From Staphylothermus marinus F1 (GTDB lineage Archaea > Thermoproteota > Thermoprotei_A > Sulfolobales > Desulfurococcaceae), in contig NC_009033.1 of NCBI RefSeq assembly GCF_000015945.1, positions 240,001 to 272,000 on the forward strand: 32,000 bases of DNA, written 5' to 3'. Below the pieces are notes generated by a model. That model made no database searches. It had not been told where the DNA came from and worked only from the letters and a program-made list of their open reading frames with translations. Shown here one piece after another: positions 16,443-26,321 of the stretch. The translations under genes were made by a program, and so were the position numbers. Numbering within the stretch: the stretch's first letter is position 1; each line of letters starts with the position of its first letter.

Positions 16443-17309
16443 TTAATCTAATGGTTTTTTCAGAATCCAATTAGCTGCTTTAGGATAATCTGCTCCGCCA
16501 TATCTGTGTATTGCAGATGTATAGAAGTTTTTAAGAGCTGAAGACAGAATTGAAGGATATTCATTTATGCTCAGAGTAGTGCTAATTAATCTATAATCCT
16601 TTGCAGCGCCTTTAACAGTGAATCTAATTTTTCCTGTATTCTTCATTCTCTCAATGTATCGTTTAACTAATCTGCCAAACCATAGCTTCTCAGATACATG
16701 TAGGAATTTCTCTAGATCAATATCATATGATTCTAGAATAGCTAGGCTCTCAGCAATTATGGGTGGAAGTGATAAACCTATATTGTTGAGAGAAAGTTTT
16801 AACGCCATTGCTTTAGGTATTTCTCCAACATATATGGTTTCAACACTATAGTTTTCGACGAATTGGACAACACTATCTAGATCCTTTTGAGAACCCGCAA
16901 TCATTGATACTAGAGTGCATGAAGAAGCTTCATCGACGCTACCATATACTGGTGCTTCATAATAATGCTTAAATCCTAGACTAGAGAGTCTCTTGTTAAT
17001 AATAGCACTTATTTGCGGAGTAACCGTTGAAGAATTCAAAATAAAGGCTTCCTTATTATTCATATATGCTAAACCATTATTTCCAAACACTACATTATCT
17101 AGTGCTTCATCATCAAATACAAAGATTACAATATAGTCTGCAACATCCATGTCCTTAGGTGAATCTACTACTTCACATTTAACCTCTTGGCAAAGTTTTT
17201 CAGCTTTAGACCTTGTACGATTATAAACTAATAGATCAATTCCCTTAGAAGATAAACACTTTGCTAAAGCAGAACCCATCAAGCCTGTACCAATAATTCC
17301 AGCCTTCAT
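16443..17309 (-). CDS. NAD(P)-dependent beta-hydroxyacid dehydrogenase (3-hydroxyisobutyrate / tartronate-semialdehyde reductase family)
   Basis: Rossmann motif GIIGTGLMGSALAKCL at the N-terminus and a length of about 290 aa. ATG 17309 lies 7 nt after AGGTG; the track's GTG at 17318 is part of that SD-like motif. Confidence 0.7.
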   Translation of the reverse strand: MKAGIIGTGLMGSALAKCLSSKGIDLLVYNRTRSKAEKLCQEVKCEVVDSPKDMDVADYIVIFVFDDEALDNVVFGNNGLAYMNNKEAFILNSSTVTPQISAIINKRLSSLGFKHYYEAPVYGSVDEASSCTLVSMIAGSQKDLDSVVQFVENYSVETIYVGEIPKAMALKLSLNNIGLSLPPIIAESLAILESYDIDLEKFLHVSEKLWFGRLVKRYIERMKNTGKIRFTVKGAAKDYRLISTTLSINEYPSILSSALKNFYTSAIHRYGGADYPKAANWILKKPLD

Positions 17310-17325
17310 AAAAAACACCTTTATC

Positions 17326-17733
17326 CTAGCATTTCTTTACATTTTTATCTTCTGTGCTTGGTTTATGTGGAATAATACAGATAAACTTTAAAGTAGTACT
17401 GCCGCGATTCCAGTATTCATGCTCAACATTTGGCGGAATATATATGAAGAAGCCGCTGGTTACCCTATATATTCTGTTATCAATTCTTACATCACCGATT
17501 CCTTCTAAAACAAATATTTCATGCTCCCATGGATGATGATGAGCTTTAATATGACCTCCTGGCTCAACTTCGAAGAGCCTCATGGCAAAAGTTGGAGCTC
17601 CATCTTCTTTCCGTATAAGCCAGCGAATCCATGTATTAACAGCCATATTTTCCGGGACAGGTTCATTCTTCACTATACTATAATGCCCAACTTTTTCACC
17701 ACAGGGTCCTAGAACAATTTCTTCCCTAGCCAA
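17326..17733 (-). CDS. monocupin (cupin_2) metalloprotein
   Basis: Cupin motif 1 GGHIKAHHHPWEHEIFVLEGIG and motif 2 GFFIYIPPNVEHEYWN. TTG start with GGAGGT 7 nt upstream. Confidence 0.75.
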   Translation of the reverse strand: MAREEIVLGPCGEKVGHYSIVKNEPVPENMAVNTWIRWLIRKEDGAPTFAMRLFEVEPGGHIKAHHHPWEHEIFVLEGIGDVRIDNRIYRVTSGFFIYIPPNVEHEYWNRGSTTLKFICIIPHKPSTEDKNVKKC

Positions 17734-17854
17734 GATTTTTACCTCCGACTTTAGAATTGTACATGAAAATATCTATTGGTTAAGCAAATAATAACTATTA
17801 ATATCGAGATCGCCATTGTATATTGACATGTATCCTATTGAAAGCATTTAAAAA

Positions 17855-18133
17855 TTATTCTTCGGTAGCTAATATTTCTTCATATATTGTTCTCTCCATT
17901 TCATTCAGCACTTCTAATCTTCTCATAATATTAAATAAGTCGAATATGTCAATCCTGTTTGTTCTTATAAGCTCTAATAGATCATTAAAAGTTTCAGCAC
18001 CATATTGTCTATACAATTTTTTCTTCTCATCATTAATTATCTCCAACATATCACGAGCTGTTAGCTTTACGTCTCCAAAATCTATTATAGTATTGAAAAC
18101 TTTATCACTTATTCTTTTAGTTGTTATAGACAT
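17855..18133 (-). CDS. small helical hypothetical protein (92 aa)
   Basis: ATG preceded by GGGG. Normal charged and helical composition. The fully overlapping plus-strand ORF 17823..18206 is low-complexity and less credible. Confidence 0.45.
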   Translation of the reverse strand: MSITTKRISDKVFNTIIDFGDVKLTARDMLEIINDEKKKLYRQYGAETFNDLLELIRTNRIDIFDLFNIMRRLEVLNEMERTIYEEILATEE

Positions 18134-18212
18134 AATTGCCCCTGCAGAAAAATTAACAATATATATATTTATTACTTGGAGAAGAAAGTATTACTGGTGT
18201 ATATAAGATTTT

Positions 18213-19730
18213 TTATCTGATGTAGTACTTCTTTAATACGTTAATAATGTTGACTTTCTCTGGTACTGTTTTGTAAGCATTAAACGCTATTTCCCAGTAT
18301 TTCTCCGGGTCATTATTATATATATCAATTATCCATAGAAGCTTTTTCTTAAATTCTTCATAGTCTTTTTCATCAATATTAGCTGCTCTTGGATCACTGT
18401 ATATGTTTATGAAGTCTCTAATATCCTCGCCGAAAAGCCAGCTGTTAACATTGTCTTCTACTATCTCTATAACTCCACCATCACGGCTGGACAGTATTGG
18501 TATACCGTTTGCTAATGCCTTCATATAGCTTGTTCCACAAGCTTCCCAACCACTAAACGGAGTAAATAATAATAGGTCACTTCCCTGCAATATGGTCTTT
18601 GCAGTACTAATATCGTATTCATGAATATATACTACATTACTGAGTCTTAAATGGAGTCTTCTAAACCATCTCGCATAATTTAATCCATCATTATCTCTTG
18701 GATGAGGTTTCCCACCCAATAAGAAGAACGCGTTAATGTCAGGATTTTCCTCAATGAATCTAGCTATGAAGTATGGTCTCTTATATCTTGCTAATCTTCT
18801 AACCCATGCAATAATTGGTCTATTATCTAATAGAATGTTTCCTTTATACTTATGCATTAGCATTACTAGTTTTTCTCTAGCTTCTCTTCTAGCTTCTTTC
18901 AATAGAGAAGGATCAGCCTTGTTTTCCACATATGCCTTGTATAGTTTGGGGTTCATCCATCTCTTAAGGCATATTCCATTAGTTATGGATCTAATCTTGT
19001 CTTTATGGCGTGGAAAAACTTTACCAATAACATCTTCTTGCTTCTTAGAAACAACTATAGCGTCTTTTAATCTCTCTAATGCTAGCTCGGTTAAGCTTAC
19101 ATAGTCGCTCATAAATGTACCGAATTCCCTAGCTATAAAATCACCTGGAAAACCCGGATGACCCCATGGGCCAGGAGTATGTATTATGATTCTAAACTTA
19201 TTATAATTGTTCAGAGATAATAGTGTTAGAGCCGTATGTGCTTCCTCGAGATCTATTATACTTATATTTTCAAGTCCAACTCTATTCTTTAAATAATATG
19301 CAGAAGCCTTGGCTAGTAAAGCGTATCTGAGAAATTGGTGTTCTAGACTATCCTCGATATACACTCTATCAGTTAGTCTCCGAGCCCACATAGGACATAT
19401 AGCTTCAAATAATACTGCACGAGCAGTCTTATAACTATATATCCATGGTTGAACAATTATTTCTTCTCCTCGAAGAACTACCTTAAACTGTTTATCAGGC
19501 TTTAAAACCTTATATGCCTCTTCAGGTTGTTCTTCAGGCTCAGGAATTGGTTCTTCGCCGTTGAAACGATATTTAACATATCCATCGCGATAAAATATTG
19601 TTAGAACAAGGAAATCTAAACCCATATCTCCTGCTCCATACAGTTTATCTCCTTCAAGAACGCCTAGTCCACCAGCGTATGTTTTGAGCTCATCCAATCC
19701 TATTTCGGGTGTTATACTAACAATAACCAT
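18213..19730 (-). CDS. short-form alpha-glucan phosphorylase (GT35-like)
   Basis: The N-terminal YAGGLGVLEGDKLYGAGDMG...FYRDGYV and the PLP-lysine context EACGTSYMKALANG match the archaeal/bacterial alpha-glucan phosphorylase pattern (EASGTSGMKAxxNG). Confidence 0.7.
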   Translation of the reverse strand: MVIVSITPEIGLDELKTYAGGLGVLEGDKLYGAGDMGLDFLVLTIFYRDGYVKYRFNGEEPIPEPEEQPEEAYKVLKPDKQFKVVLRGEEIIVQPWIYSYKTARAVLFEAICPMWARRLTDRVYIEDSLEHQFLRYALLAKASAYYLKNRVGLENISIIDLEEAHTALTLLSLNNYNKFRIIIHTPGPWGHPGFPGDFIAREFGTFMSDYVSLTELALERLKDAIVVSKKQEDVIGKVFPRHKDKIRSITNGICLKRWMNPKLYKAYVENKADPSLLKEARREAREKLVMLMHKYKGNILLDNRPIIAWVRRLARYKRPYFIARFIEENPDINAFFLLGGKPHPRDNDGLNYARWFRRLHLRLSNVVYIHEYDISTAKTILQGSDLLLFTPFSGWEACGTSYMKALANGIPILSSRDGGVIEIVEDNVNSWLFGEDIRDFINIYSDPRAANIDEKDYEEFKKKLLWIIDIYNNDPEKYWEIAFNAYKTVPEKVNIINVLKKYYIR

Positions 19731-19862
19731 GAACCATACACCAACTCATGGGTTCTTGGAAGAAGTAAATTTTAGATTGTTGTATTATATTAATTATTGG
19801 TCAGGTATTTATGCGTATACTTGGCCGTGTAAAAATAAATCATTAATGTGAGGGGAGTTGTG

Positions 19863-20429
19863 ATGATGATTAAATTAGTTGATGAAAAAGATCTCGTTCT
19901 CATCGTAATAGATCTTCAGGAAAAATTATTGAAGATAATTAGTGATAAAGAGAAATTAGTTGAGAACAATAAGATACTAATAAGATTTCTCAGTAGAATA
20001 AAAGCTCCTATAATCGCTACTAAACAAGTTAAGTTAGGAGACATTAATGGGGATATTGCTAAAGAATTAACAGGCTCGAAGATTATTGAGAAGGAAACAT
20101 TTAGTTGTTTTAGGAACAAAGAGTTTATGGATACAATACGTATGATGAATAGAAAAACACTATTAATCACCGGCATAGAAACACATATATGTGTATTACA
20201 AACAGCTATTGACGCATTAAATCTTGGATATAGAGTTATTATACCGTATGATGCCGTTTCTTCACAGATTAAAAGCGATCATGAATATGCTCTACAATAT
20301 CTTCGAAGCAAAGGAGCCGAAATACTGCCAACAGAATCCATTATATATGCTATTATGGAGTCTTCTAAGCACGCCTTATTTAGAGAGGTATTGAATCTAA
20401 TAAAAGAACGGAGAAAACTGTATTCGTAG
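19863..20429 (+). CDS. isochorismatase-family cysteine hydrolase
   Basis: LIVIDLQ (Asp), ITGIETHICVLQTAIDA (Cys nucleophile) and YDAVSS motifs. ATG 19863 follows GAGGGGAG. Confidence 0.75.
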   Translation: MMIKLVDEKDLVLIVIDLQEKLLKIISDKEKLVENNKILIRFLSRIKAPIIATKQVKLGDINGDIAKELTGSKIIEKETFSCFRNKEFMDTIRMMNRKTLLITGIETHICVLQTAIDALNLGYRVIIPYDAVSSQIKSDHEYALQYLRSKGAEILPTESIIYAIMESSKHALFREVLNLIKERRKLYS

Positions 20430-20453
20430 AAATATATCCATGGAAGTAGAGAG

Positions 20454-21533
20454 ATGAACACAGACTTAAAGGAATATGTTGAAAAAGCAAATCTTCCAGA
20501 TCCGCATCTCACAGTAGCTGGAATAATCAATGATAAAGTATTGAAAGGATACTATTATAACTACTTGAGAAGGAATGGAATAATATTAATCGATCTAAAT
20601 ACAGCTCTAAGCAATAATACGTATAAGGAAGAAATACATGATATCGCTTATGAGCTTGGCTTTGATAAGGAACTCTTATATAAGGCTACAACGGGATTCT
20701 ATATTAAAGTACCTGATGAGATTAGATCATCTATACCAATATATGCATGTTTCATAATAGGATCTAGGGGGTTTACTCAGAGAATAATTAATGTTGTAAA
20801 TATAGGAGATAATGCAGAAGCCTTCATAGCTAAGGGATGTGCAACAATAGTTCCTGAAGGAGCACATTCTGCCATTACACTGCTTCGAATAGGTAAAAAT
20901 AGTAGATTAACTAGTTTAATGATACACAATTGGGCACCATATGTAAATGTTGGAGCTAAAACAATAGGGATTGTAGGAGAAAACTCTATTTATAGCTACT
21001 ACTATGTTAAACTATCACCTGTAAGAGCTCTTGGATTATCAACCAGCATTAAAGTATATAGGAATGCACAAGTAGACGTTCATGAAGCAACATATGTTCA
21101 TAGAAATACAAATGTTAACAGCTCTATAGAAATCGAGTTAAACGGGGAGGGAGCGGGAGGATTAATAACTACTAGAGGAGTTGTCGAAGAAAATGGAAGC
21201 ATGAATACAAGGCTTATGATTAAGAGTAATGCTAATAAAACAAGAGGACATATTGAATGCAACGGACTAGTTTTAGGAAAAGGCATATATCGAACTATAC
21301 CTGTCTTAGAGACTAAAGTTGATGATACATATTTAACGCATGAAGCAAGTATTGGTAAAATAAGTGGTGAACAACTATTCTATCTACAATCACGCGGTTT
21401 AAGCGAGGAGGAAGCAACAAAAATGATCATACTTGGATTCTTAGCTTCGTCAATGCATGGATTGCCTGAGAGCATGAGGAAATATGTTGAAGTAGCATTG
21501 AAGCAATTATCCCATTATGGTAAGGGATTATAG
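20454..21533 (+). CDS. SufB/SufD-family protein (SufD-like), no adjacent sufC
   Basis: The C-terminal THEASIGKISGEQLFYLQSRGLSEEEATKMIILGF is the SufBD signature region. Confidence 0.75.
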   Translation: MNTDLKEYVEKANLPDPHLTVAGIINDKVLKGYYYNYLRRNGIILIDLNTALSNNTYKEEIHDIAYELGFDKELLYKATTGFYIKVPDEIRSSIPIYACFIIGSRGFTQRIINVVNIGDNAEAFIAKGCATIVPEGAHSAITLLRIGKNSRLTSLMIHNWAPYVNVGAKTIGIVGENSIYSYYYVKLSPVRALGLSTSIKVYRNAQVDVHEATYVHRNTNVNSSIEIELNGEGAGGLITTRGVVEENGSMNTRLMIKSNANKTRGHIECNGLVLGKGIYRTIPVLETKVDDTYLTHEASIGKISGEQLFYLQSRGLSEEEATKMIILGFLASSMHGLPESMRKYVEVALKQLSHYGKGL

Positions 21534-21665
21534 CGATAATCTAATTTTAACACGTATCCTTAGCTCACTTCTTAGAATCATCTGATTTATTTACCTTTGA
21601 TCTAGACGGAATCGAATATAACTACCGGTCCCCATTATTTAATGTTGAAACATTGAAATAAGAAG

Positions 21666-23309
21666 GTGAGTGCATTGATTAATGATTTTTACAGGAAAAT
21701 AATAGCTGAATCTTCTCAATCACTTGTCAAAGATACATTATCAATCATAACTCGTTATCATAGATTGCAGGGTAGTAGCGGATTATGGAATGCCGTGAAT
21801 GAATTAAAAGAAATATTGGGGGGTCTTGGATTACCAGCTAAAACCTTCCGTATTGAAGAGGGAGATGGAATAGGCTTTATTAAGGCGCCTATATCTTGGG
21901 ATCCTATTGAAGCTTATATAGAGATCAAAATCGGGGATCATGTTTTAGCCAGGCTCGATCTAAAAGATCACCCTACTCTCTTGGCTGCGCATAGTCCCGG
22001 AGGAGAAGGGTGCGCTGAACTCAAAGTTTGTGGAGAGAAGCTCTGTGATGGAGAAGCCATTCTAGTTACTGGCTATCTCTATGATATTTACCTGAATACC
22101 GACGCTAAGTTAATCTTATACTATATGAAGAATAGGCATCCCGAAGCAGTTCCTTATACGGGTCTCTTCCTTGAACCCGGAGATAAAATGAAAGGAGTTG
22201 TTATGAATATACCGTATAGTTTAGCCTTGAAGATTATGTCGCTGAAAATTGAAAATCCTAGAAAAAAGATTACTGTTTGCTGGAAAGCAAAAATAAATAG
22301 ACATAACAAGGGATTACCCATACTAATATCCTGTATTGGAGACGACCCCGGAGTAGTATTTATCAGTCATATTTGTCATCCTAAGCCAGGAGCACACGAT
22401 AATGCTAGTGGATCAGCTGGAAACCTACATGTAGCCTATGTATTGAGCCAGATCAATCCCGGTTTTAGCTACTGTAATATATGGGTTCCAGAATATACTG
22501 GCACAGTATTTTTAGAAGATAAACTTCCATGGAGACCTTTATCGGTTATCAATCTTGACATGATAGGCTCTAAACAATATATAACTGGTAGCTCGCTAAC
22601 ATTAATTAATCCACCACGATTCATGAACACATTTACAGCACCTGCTGGATGGATTGCTATGCAGAAGGTTTTTGATACCAGTAAAAGCTTCAACAATATA
22701 TCCCAACCAGGAATAAGATATGGTATATCACCATACACTATGGGAAGCGATCACGATGTCTTCATCGTATGGGGGATAGATTCCATAATGTACAATGAGT
22801 GGCCTAGCAAATATTACCATACAGACAAGGATACTACTGAAACAATTGATCCTGAACACTTAATGAATACTAGTATAGCATCAATACTGACAGCATACCT
22901 GATTTTAAAGTCGAATAATAATTTCCTAGAAGGACTACGGAGAATATATGATTCATACTTGAAAACATGGTATAAGAGCCAAGCAATCAAGATAGGCTAT
23001 AGTATAAATTATTTGTCAAAATATCTTGTCAAGAAACCATTAGTCGAAAAATTAGAGGAGCCATTAATGAAGTCACCAATATTCTCTAGAACACTTTACC
23101 ATATTCTTGGGAGGGCGAGGTATTTAGAAATAAGAAAGATACCGGGTATATATACATACTTAGCTGTATATGCTCCGCTATCTGAAAAGATCGGATTAAA
23201 TAATCATGTCAAACACTATAAAGCAGAACTATTAATAAAATGGAGCAGGAAAGAAGAAAAACAAGTAGTAGATGCATGGGAAACTATTAAGTCAAACATT
23301 AAGATCTAG
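21666..23309 (+). CDS. M28-family zinc peptidase-like protein
   Basis: HPKPGAHDNASGSAG, NLDMIGS and GSDHDVF motifs. The start is ambiguous: GTG 21666 lies inside AAGGTGAG, and TTG 21675 lies 4 nt after GGTGAG. Confidence 0.65.
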   Translation: MSALINDFYRKIIAESSQSLVKDTLSIITRYHRLQGSSGLWNAVNELKEILGGLGLPAKTFRIEEGDGIGFIKAPISWDPIEAYIEIKIGDHVLARLDLKDHPTLLAAHSPGGEGCAELKVCGEKLCDGEAILVTGYLYDIYLNTDAKLILYYMKNRHPEAVPYTGLFLEPGDKMKGVVMNIPYSLALKIMSLKIENPRKKITVCWKAKINRHNKGLPILISCIGDDPGVVFISHICHPKPGAHDNASGSAGNLHVAYVLSQINPGFSYCNIWVPEYTGTVFLEDKLPWRPLSVINLDMIGSKQYITGSSLTLINPPRFMNTFTAPAGWIAMQKVFDTSKSFNNISQPGIRYGISPYTMGSDHDVFIVWGIDSIMYNEWPSKYYHTDKDTTETIDPEHLMNTSIASILTAYLILKSNNNFLEGLRRIYDSYLKTWYKSQAIKIGYSINYLSKYLVKKPLVEKLEEPLMKSPIFSRTLYHILGRARYLEIRKIPGIYTYLAVYAPLSEKIGLNNHVKHYKAELLIKWSRKEEKQVVDAWETIKSNIKI

Positions 23310-23394
23310 AGCCAGTCAAATTTATTTTTATATTCACCAACAACACATAATATCTTCGAAACAAAGATTAGCAGAAATAGAATAGGTGTAGTAT

Positions 23395-25071
23395 TTGCCT
23401 GTGATTAGGATCGCTAAATGGGATCTCGAAAGACTTATTGGTAGAATTCTTAGCAACGAAGAGATCATGGATTATCTTCCCAGGATCAAATGTGAAGTAG
23501 AAACTATCTCGGAGGATGGGGAGGTAGAGTATGAAGCAACACATGATCGCCCAGACCTATATAGTGTTGAAGGAGTTGCACGTAATCTAAGATATTTTCT
23601 CGGCATAAAAAGTCGGAACTATAAATTTGTTGATGAAGGTGTTAAAGCATATAATATGGGTATACCACGCAGACCCTATGTTGCTTTTGCAATAGTTAAA
23701 GACCTAGAACTAGATCATGAATCCGTTAGGCAAATCATGCAGTTACAAGAAAAACTAGCAACAACATATGGTAGGAGCCGGCGAAAAGCAAGTATTGGAG
23801 TATATGATCTAGATAAGTTCAAAATGCCTGTATATTATGAGCTTAGAGACCCAGATAATACAAGTTTCATTCCTCTAAACGAAAAAGAAGAAATGAATCT
23901 TAGAGAAATACTTGAAAAAACAGAGAAAGGTCAAATATATGGACACATAATAAAGGATTGGAACAAATACCCAGTTATAAGAGATTCTGAAGGTAAGATT
24001 CTATCATTAGTACCCATAATTAATAGTGAAGACACCAGGGTAACTATGTATACAAAGAATGTATTGATCGATTCAACCGGATTAGATCCCAGAACAGTAG
24101 TTGATCTCGTAACAATAATGGCTACAAGCATAGCTGAGAGATCAACTAGTAAAACAATTGTATTTGTAGACACAATTATGCCTGACAATACTACTTTAAG
24201 AGCACCACGCGACAAAGGTCCAACAATAGAACTGCATCTAGATGATGTTGAAAAAATACTTGGAATCAAAATTGATACAAAGAATATTTTAAAATATTTG
24301 AATAAAATGGGGCATGAAACCGTTGAGGTAAGAAACAACACTATAAAAATAGTTACGCCACCATATAGAATAGATATTAAATCATGGATAGATATCGTTG
24401 AAGATATAGCAATGGCAATAGGCTACGATATTATTGGAATAAAGGCTAACAAACTACCTCCAGCAACCCATCCTGGAAGAATACATCCTCTCGAATATAT
24501 TTCGAGGCTTATCCGTAAAATACTTGTAGGATACGGATACACAGAAATAACTAGCTATATGATGAGTAATCCAAGAGCCCAACTGGAAATGTTTGGATTA
24601 ACGGATGAGAAAATAATTACAGTACTAAATCCTAAGATGGACAAATATACTGGTCTAAGGAGATGGTTAACACCAGGATTACTTGAAGTTATAGTTGAGA
24701 ATAAGGAGAAACAATCCTCTATGAAAATATTTGAGATAGGAGATGTAGCTATACTTGATCCTAACACTGAAACTGGTGCTAGAATAGAGAGAAGAGTAGG
24801 AATAGCAATAACTCATGGAAAAGCAACTTTAACTGACGGATTAGCTATTGTATCAACAATACTTAACAGACTAAAACTTAATCCTACTTTCGAGAAAACT
24901 TATATACAGGGAATGCTACCTGAAAGAACAGCTTCAATAAAAATAGGCGGCGAAGAAATAGGTTTTGTAGCTGAAATCCGTCCCGATCTATTATACAGCC
25001 TAGGTGTTCCATTCCCAGTAGTTGTATCCGAGATAGTACTGAATAAGTTATTAATTATTCTTAGACAATAA
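23395..25071 (+). CDS. pheT: phenylalanine--tRNA ligase beta subunit (archaeal type)
   Basis: Characteristic N-terminus MPVIRIAKWDLERLIG and a length of about 560 aa. TTG start with AGGTG upstream. Confidence 0.85.
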   Translation: MPVIRIAKWDLERLIGRILSNEEIMDYLPRIKCEVETISEDGEVEYEATHDRPDLYSVEGVARNLRYFLGIKSRNYKFVDEGVKAYNMGIPRRPYVAFAIVKDLELDHESVRQIMQLQEKLATTYGRSRRKASIGVYDLDKFKMPVYYELRDPDNTSFIPLNEKEEMNLREILEKTEKGQIYGHIIKDWNKYPVIRDSEGKILSLVPIINSEDTRVTMYTKNVLIDSTGLDPRTVVDLVTIMATSIAERSTSKTIVFVDTIMPDNTTLRAPRDKGPTIELHLDDVEKILGIKIDTKNILKYLNKMGHETVEVRNNTIKIVTPPYRIDIKSWIDIVEDIAMAIGYDIIGIKANKLPPATHPGRIHPLEYISRLIRKILVGYGYTEITSYMMSNPRAQLEMFGLTDEKIITVLNPKMDKYTGLRRWLTPGLLEVIVENKEKQSSMKIFEIGDVAILDPNTETGARIERRVGIAITHGKATLTDGLAIVSTILNRLKLNPTFEKTYIQGMLPERTASIKIGGEEIGFVAEIRPDLLYSLGVPFPVVVSEIVLNKLLIILRQ

Positions 25072-25082
25072 ACTCAACTGAG

Positions 25083-25141
25083 AGGATGAGGCTTGGAAGG
25101 GATGACCCTTTCTTAGGGGATGAATAGACGGGCCTGGCTGA
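25083..25141 (+). ncRNA. weak candidate: degenerate C/D-box-like element or 3' structured region
   Basis: GC-rich 70-nt spacer between convergent genes. It contains three GGATGA copies (25084-89, 25100-05, 25118-23), a terminal CTGA (25138-41) followed by T6, and an internal hairpin GGAAGGG-AUGA-CCCUUUC. The spacings (12 and 14 nt, with an 11-nt internal loop) are not canonical. Confidence 0.25.
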
Positions 25142-26314
25142 TCATTTTTTATATACTATAGAATACAGTATTGGCGCAATAACTGTTGTTGTTAGAGAAA
25201 CAGTTATTGCAGTATTAAATAACATAGGAGATATTATTCCATAATCAAGTCCCAGTTTTAACAATGCTGTTTCCAATGCACCTCTACCACTCATAGCTAA
25301 TCCAACAGCTATACTTCTCCTCTTATCTTTTAAGGAAATATATGCTATTGGAGCTGTCCCCACGAACTTGCCTAGTATAGCCAATGATAGCAAGACTAAA
25401 TACAGAGAAAAACTTACAGCCCCCGGTGAATAGGATAAACCAATGTATGCGAAAAATAATGGAATAAACAATGCATCTAATACAACTGTAAAATCACTTA
25501 TAAACTCGGTTATTGCTATACGAGTCCTCAACATTGGATCATGAAACTCTCTCCCTCTACTAATAAGTATGCCTGCGAGATAAGCACCTATTAGCTCGCT
25601 TAATCCGAAAAGTTTTGCTGCTACAGCCAAAGAGAGTGATAATAATATTGAGAATGTTGCAAACCAGAAATAGTCTTGGCTTATAGTTTTATATATCTTG
25701 GGATACTTGTTTACAAGCAAGCTACTAATGAAGAAAATCAATGATAGGAAAAATAATGCTTTACTAGTCAAGATAACTAGTGTAGTTATAGATAAACTAT
25801 TTTCAACAGCTAAGCCGGCTAGTATACCTATAATGAATACAGCCATTACATCATCAACGAAACTTGCTCCTACAAGAAGCGATCTAGATATGGTATCTCC
25901 TTTTTTAGCAACTATAGCTGCCATAGTTTCAGTGGCTGTATTAGATAGTGATGCAGCAATAAATATTCCAGGCAGACCCTCATATCCAAGAAGACACATG
26001 GCTAGATAAATTAATGTAAAAGTTACTAATACACCCATGCCACCCATTAATAATACTGTTTTGCTTCTCCTCTTTAATTCTCTATAATCTGTTGTTAGAC
26101 CAGTATAAAACATTAATAGTAATAAACCAAAATAAGCTATCCCCAACATTTCGCCGGAGGGTTTAACTAAGCCTAGAAAATATGGACCTAAAACTATTCC
26201 TGTAATAACGTGTCCTGCCATAGGATGTAAACTGTATTTCCTAAAAGGGATCTCTAGTATCTTAGCTAGCATCAGCAACATTACTATTTCGAATATTAAG
26301 TATTCGACATCCAC
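25142..26314 (-). CDS. CPA2-family cation/proton antiporter (NapA/Kef-like membrane domain only)
   Basis: About 12 hydrophobic segments. GLSELIGAYLAGILI matches the CPA2 GLSxxLGAFLAG motif. GTG start at 26314. No C-terminal RCK/KTN domain. Confidence 0.75.
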   Translation of the reverse strand: MDVEYLIFEIVMLLMLAKILEIPFRKYSLHPMAGHVITGIVLGPYFLGLVKPSGEMLGIAYFGLLLLMFYTGLTTDYRELKRRSKTVLLMGGMGVLVTFTLIYLAMCLLGYEGLPGIFIAASLSNTATETMAAIVAKKGDTISRSLLVGASFVDDVMAVFIIGILAGLAVENSLSITTLVILTSKALFFLSLIFFISSLLVNKYPKIYKTISQDYFWFATFSILLSLSLAVAAKLFGLSELIGAYLAGILISRGREFHDPMLRTRIAITEFISDFTVVLDALFIPLFFAYIGLSYSPGAVSFSLYLVLLSLAILGKFVGTAPIAYISLKDKRRSIAVGLAMSGRGALETALLKLGLDYGIISPMLFNTAITVSLTTTVIAPILYSIVYKK

Positions 26315-26321
26315 TCCATCA

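Noticed and set aside
17823-18206. 127-aa plus-strand ORF fully overlapping the 92-aa minus-strand ORF
   Set aside because: Only one of the two can reasonably be real. The plus-strand product is Ser/Ile/Leu low-complexity sequence. The minus-strand ORF has balanced charged and helical composition, and an ATG preceded by GGGG.
19856-19900. GTGATGATGA at the isochorismatase start as a box C
   Set aside because: It coincides with the SD and tandem ATG codons of a well-supported CDS. No CUGA lies at a 12-nt-spacer-compatible distance.
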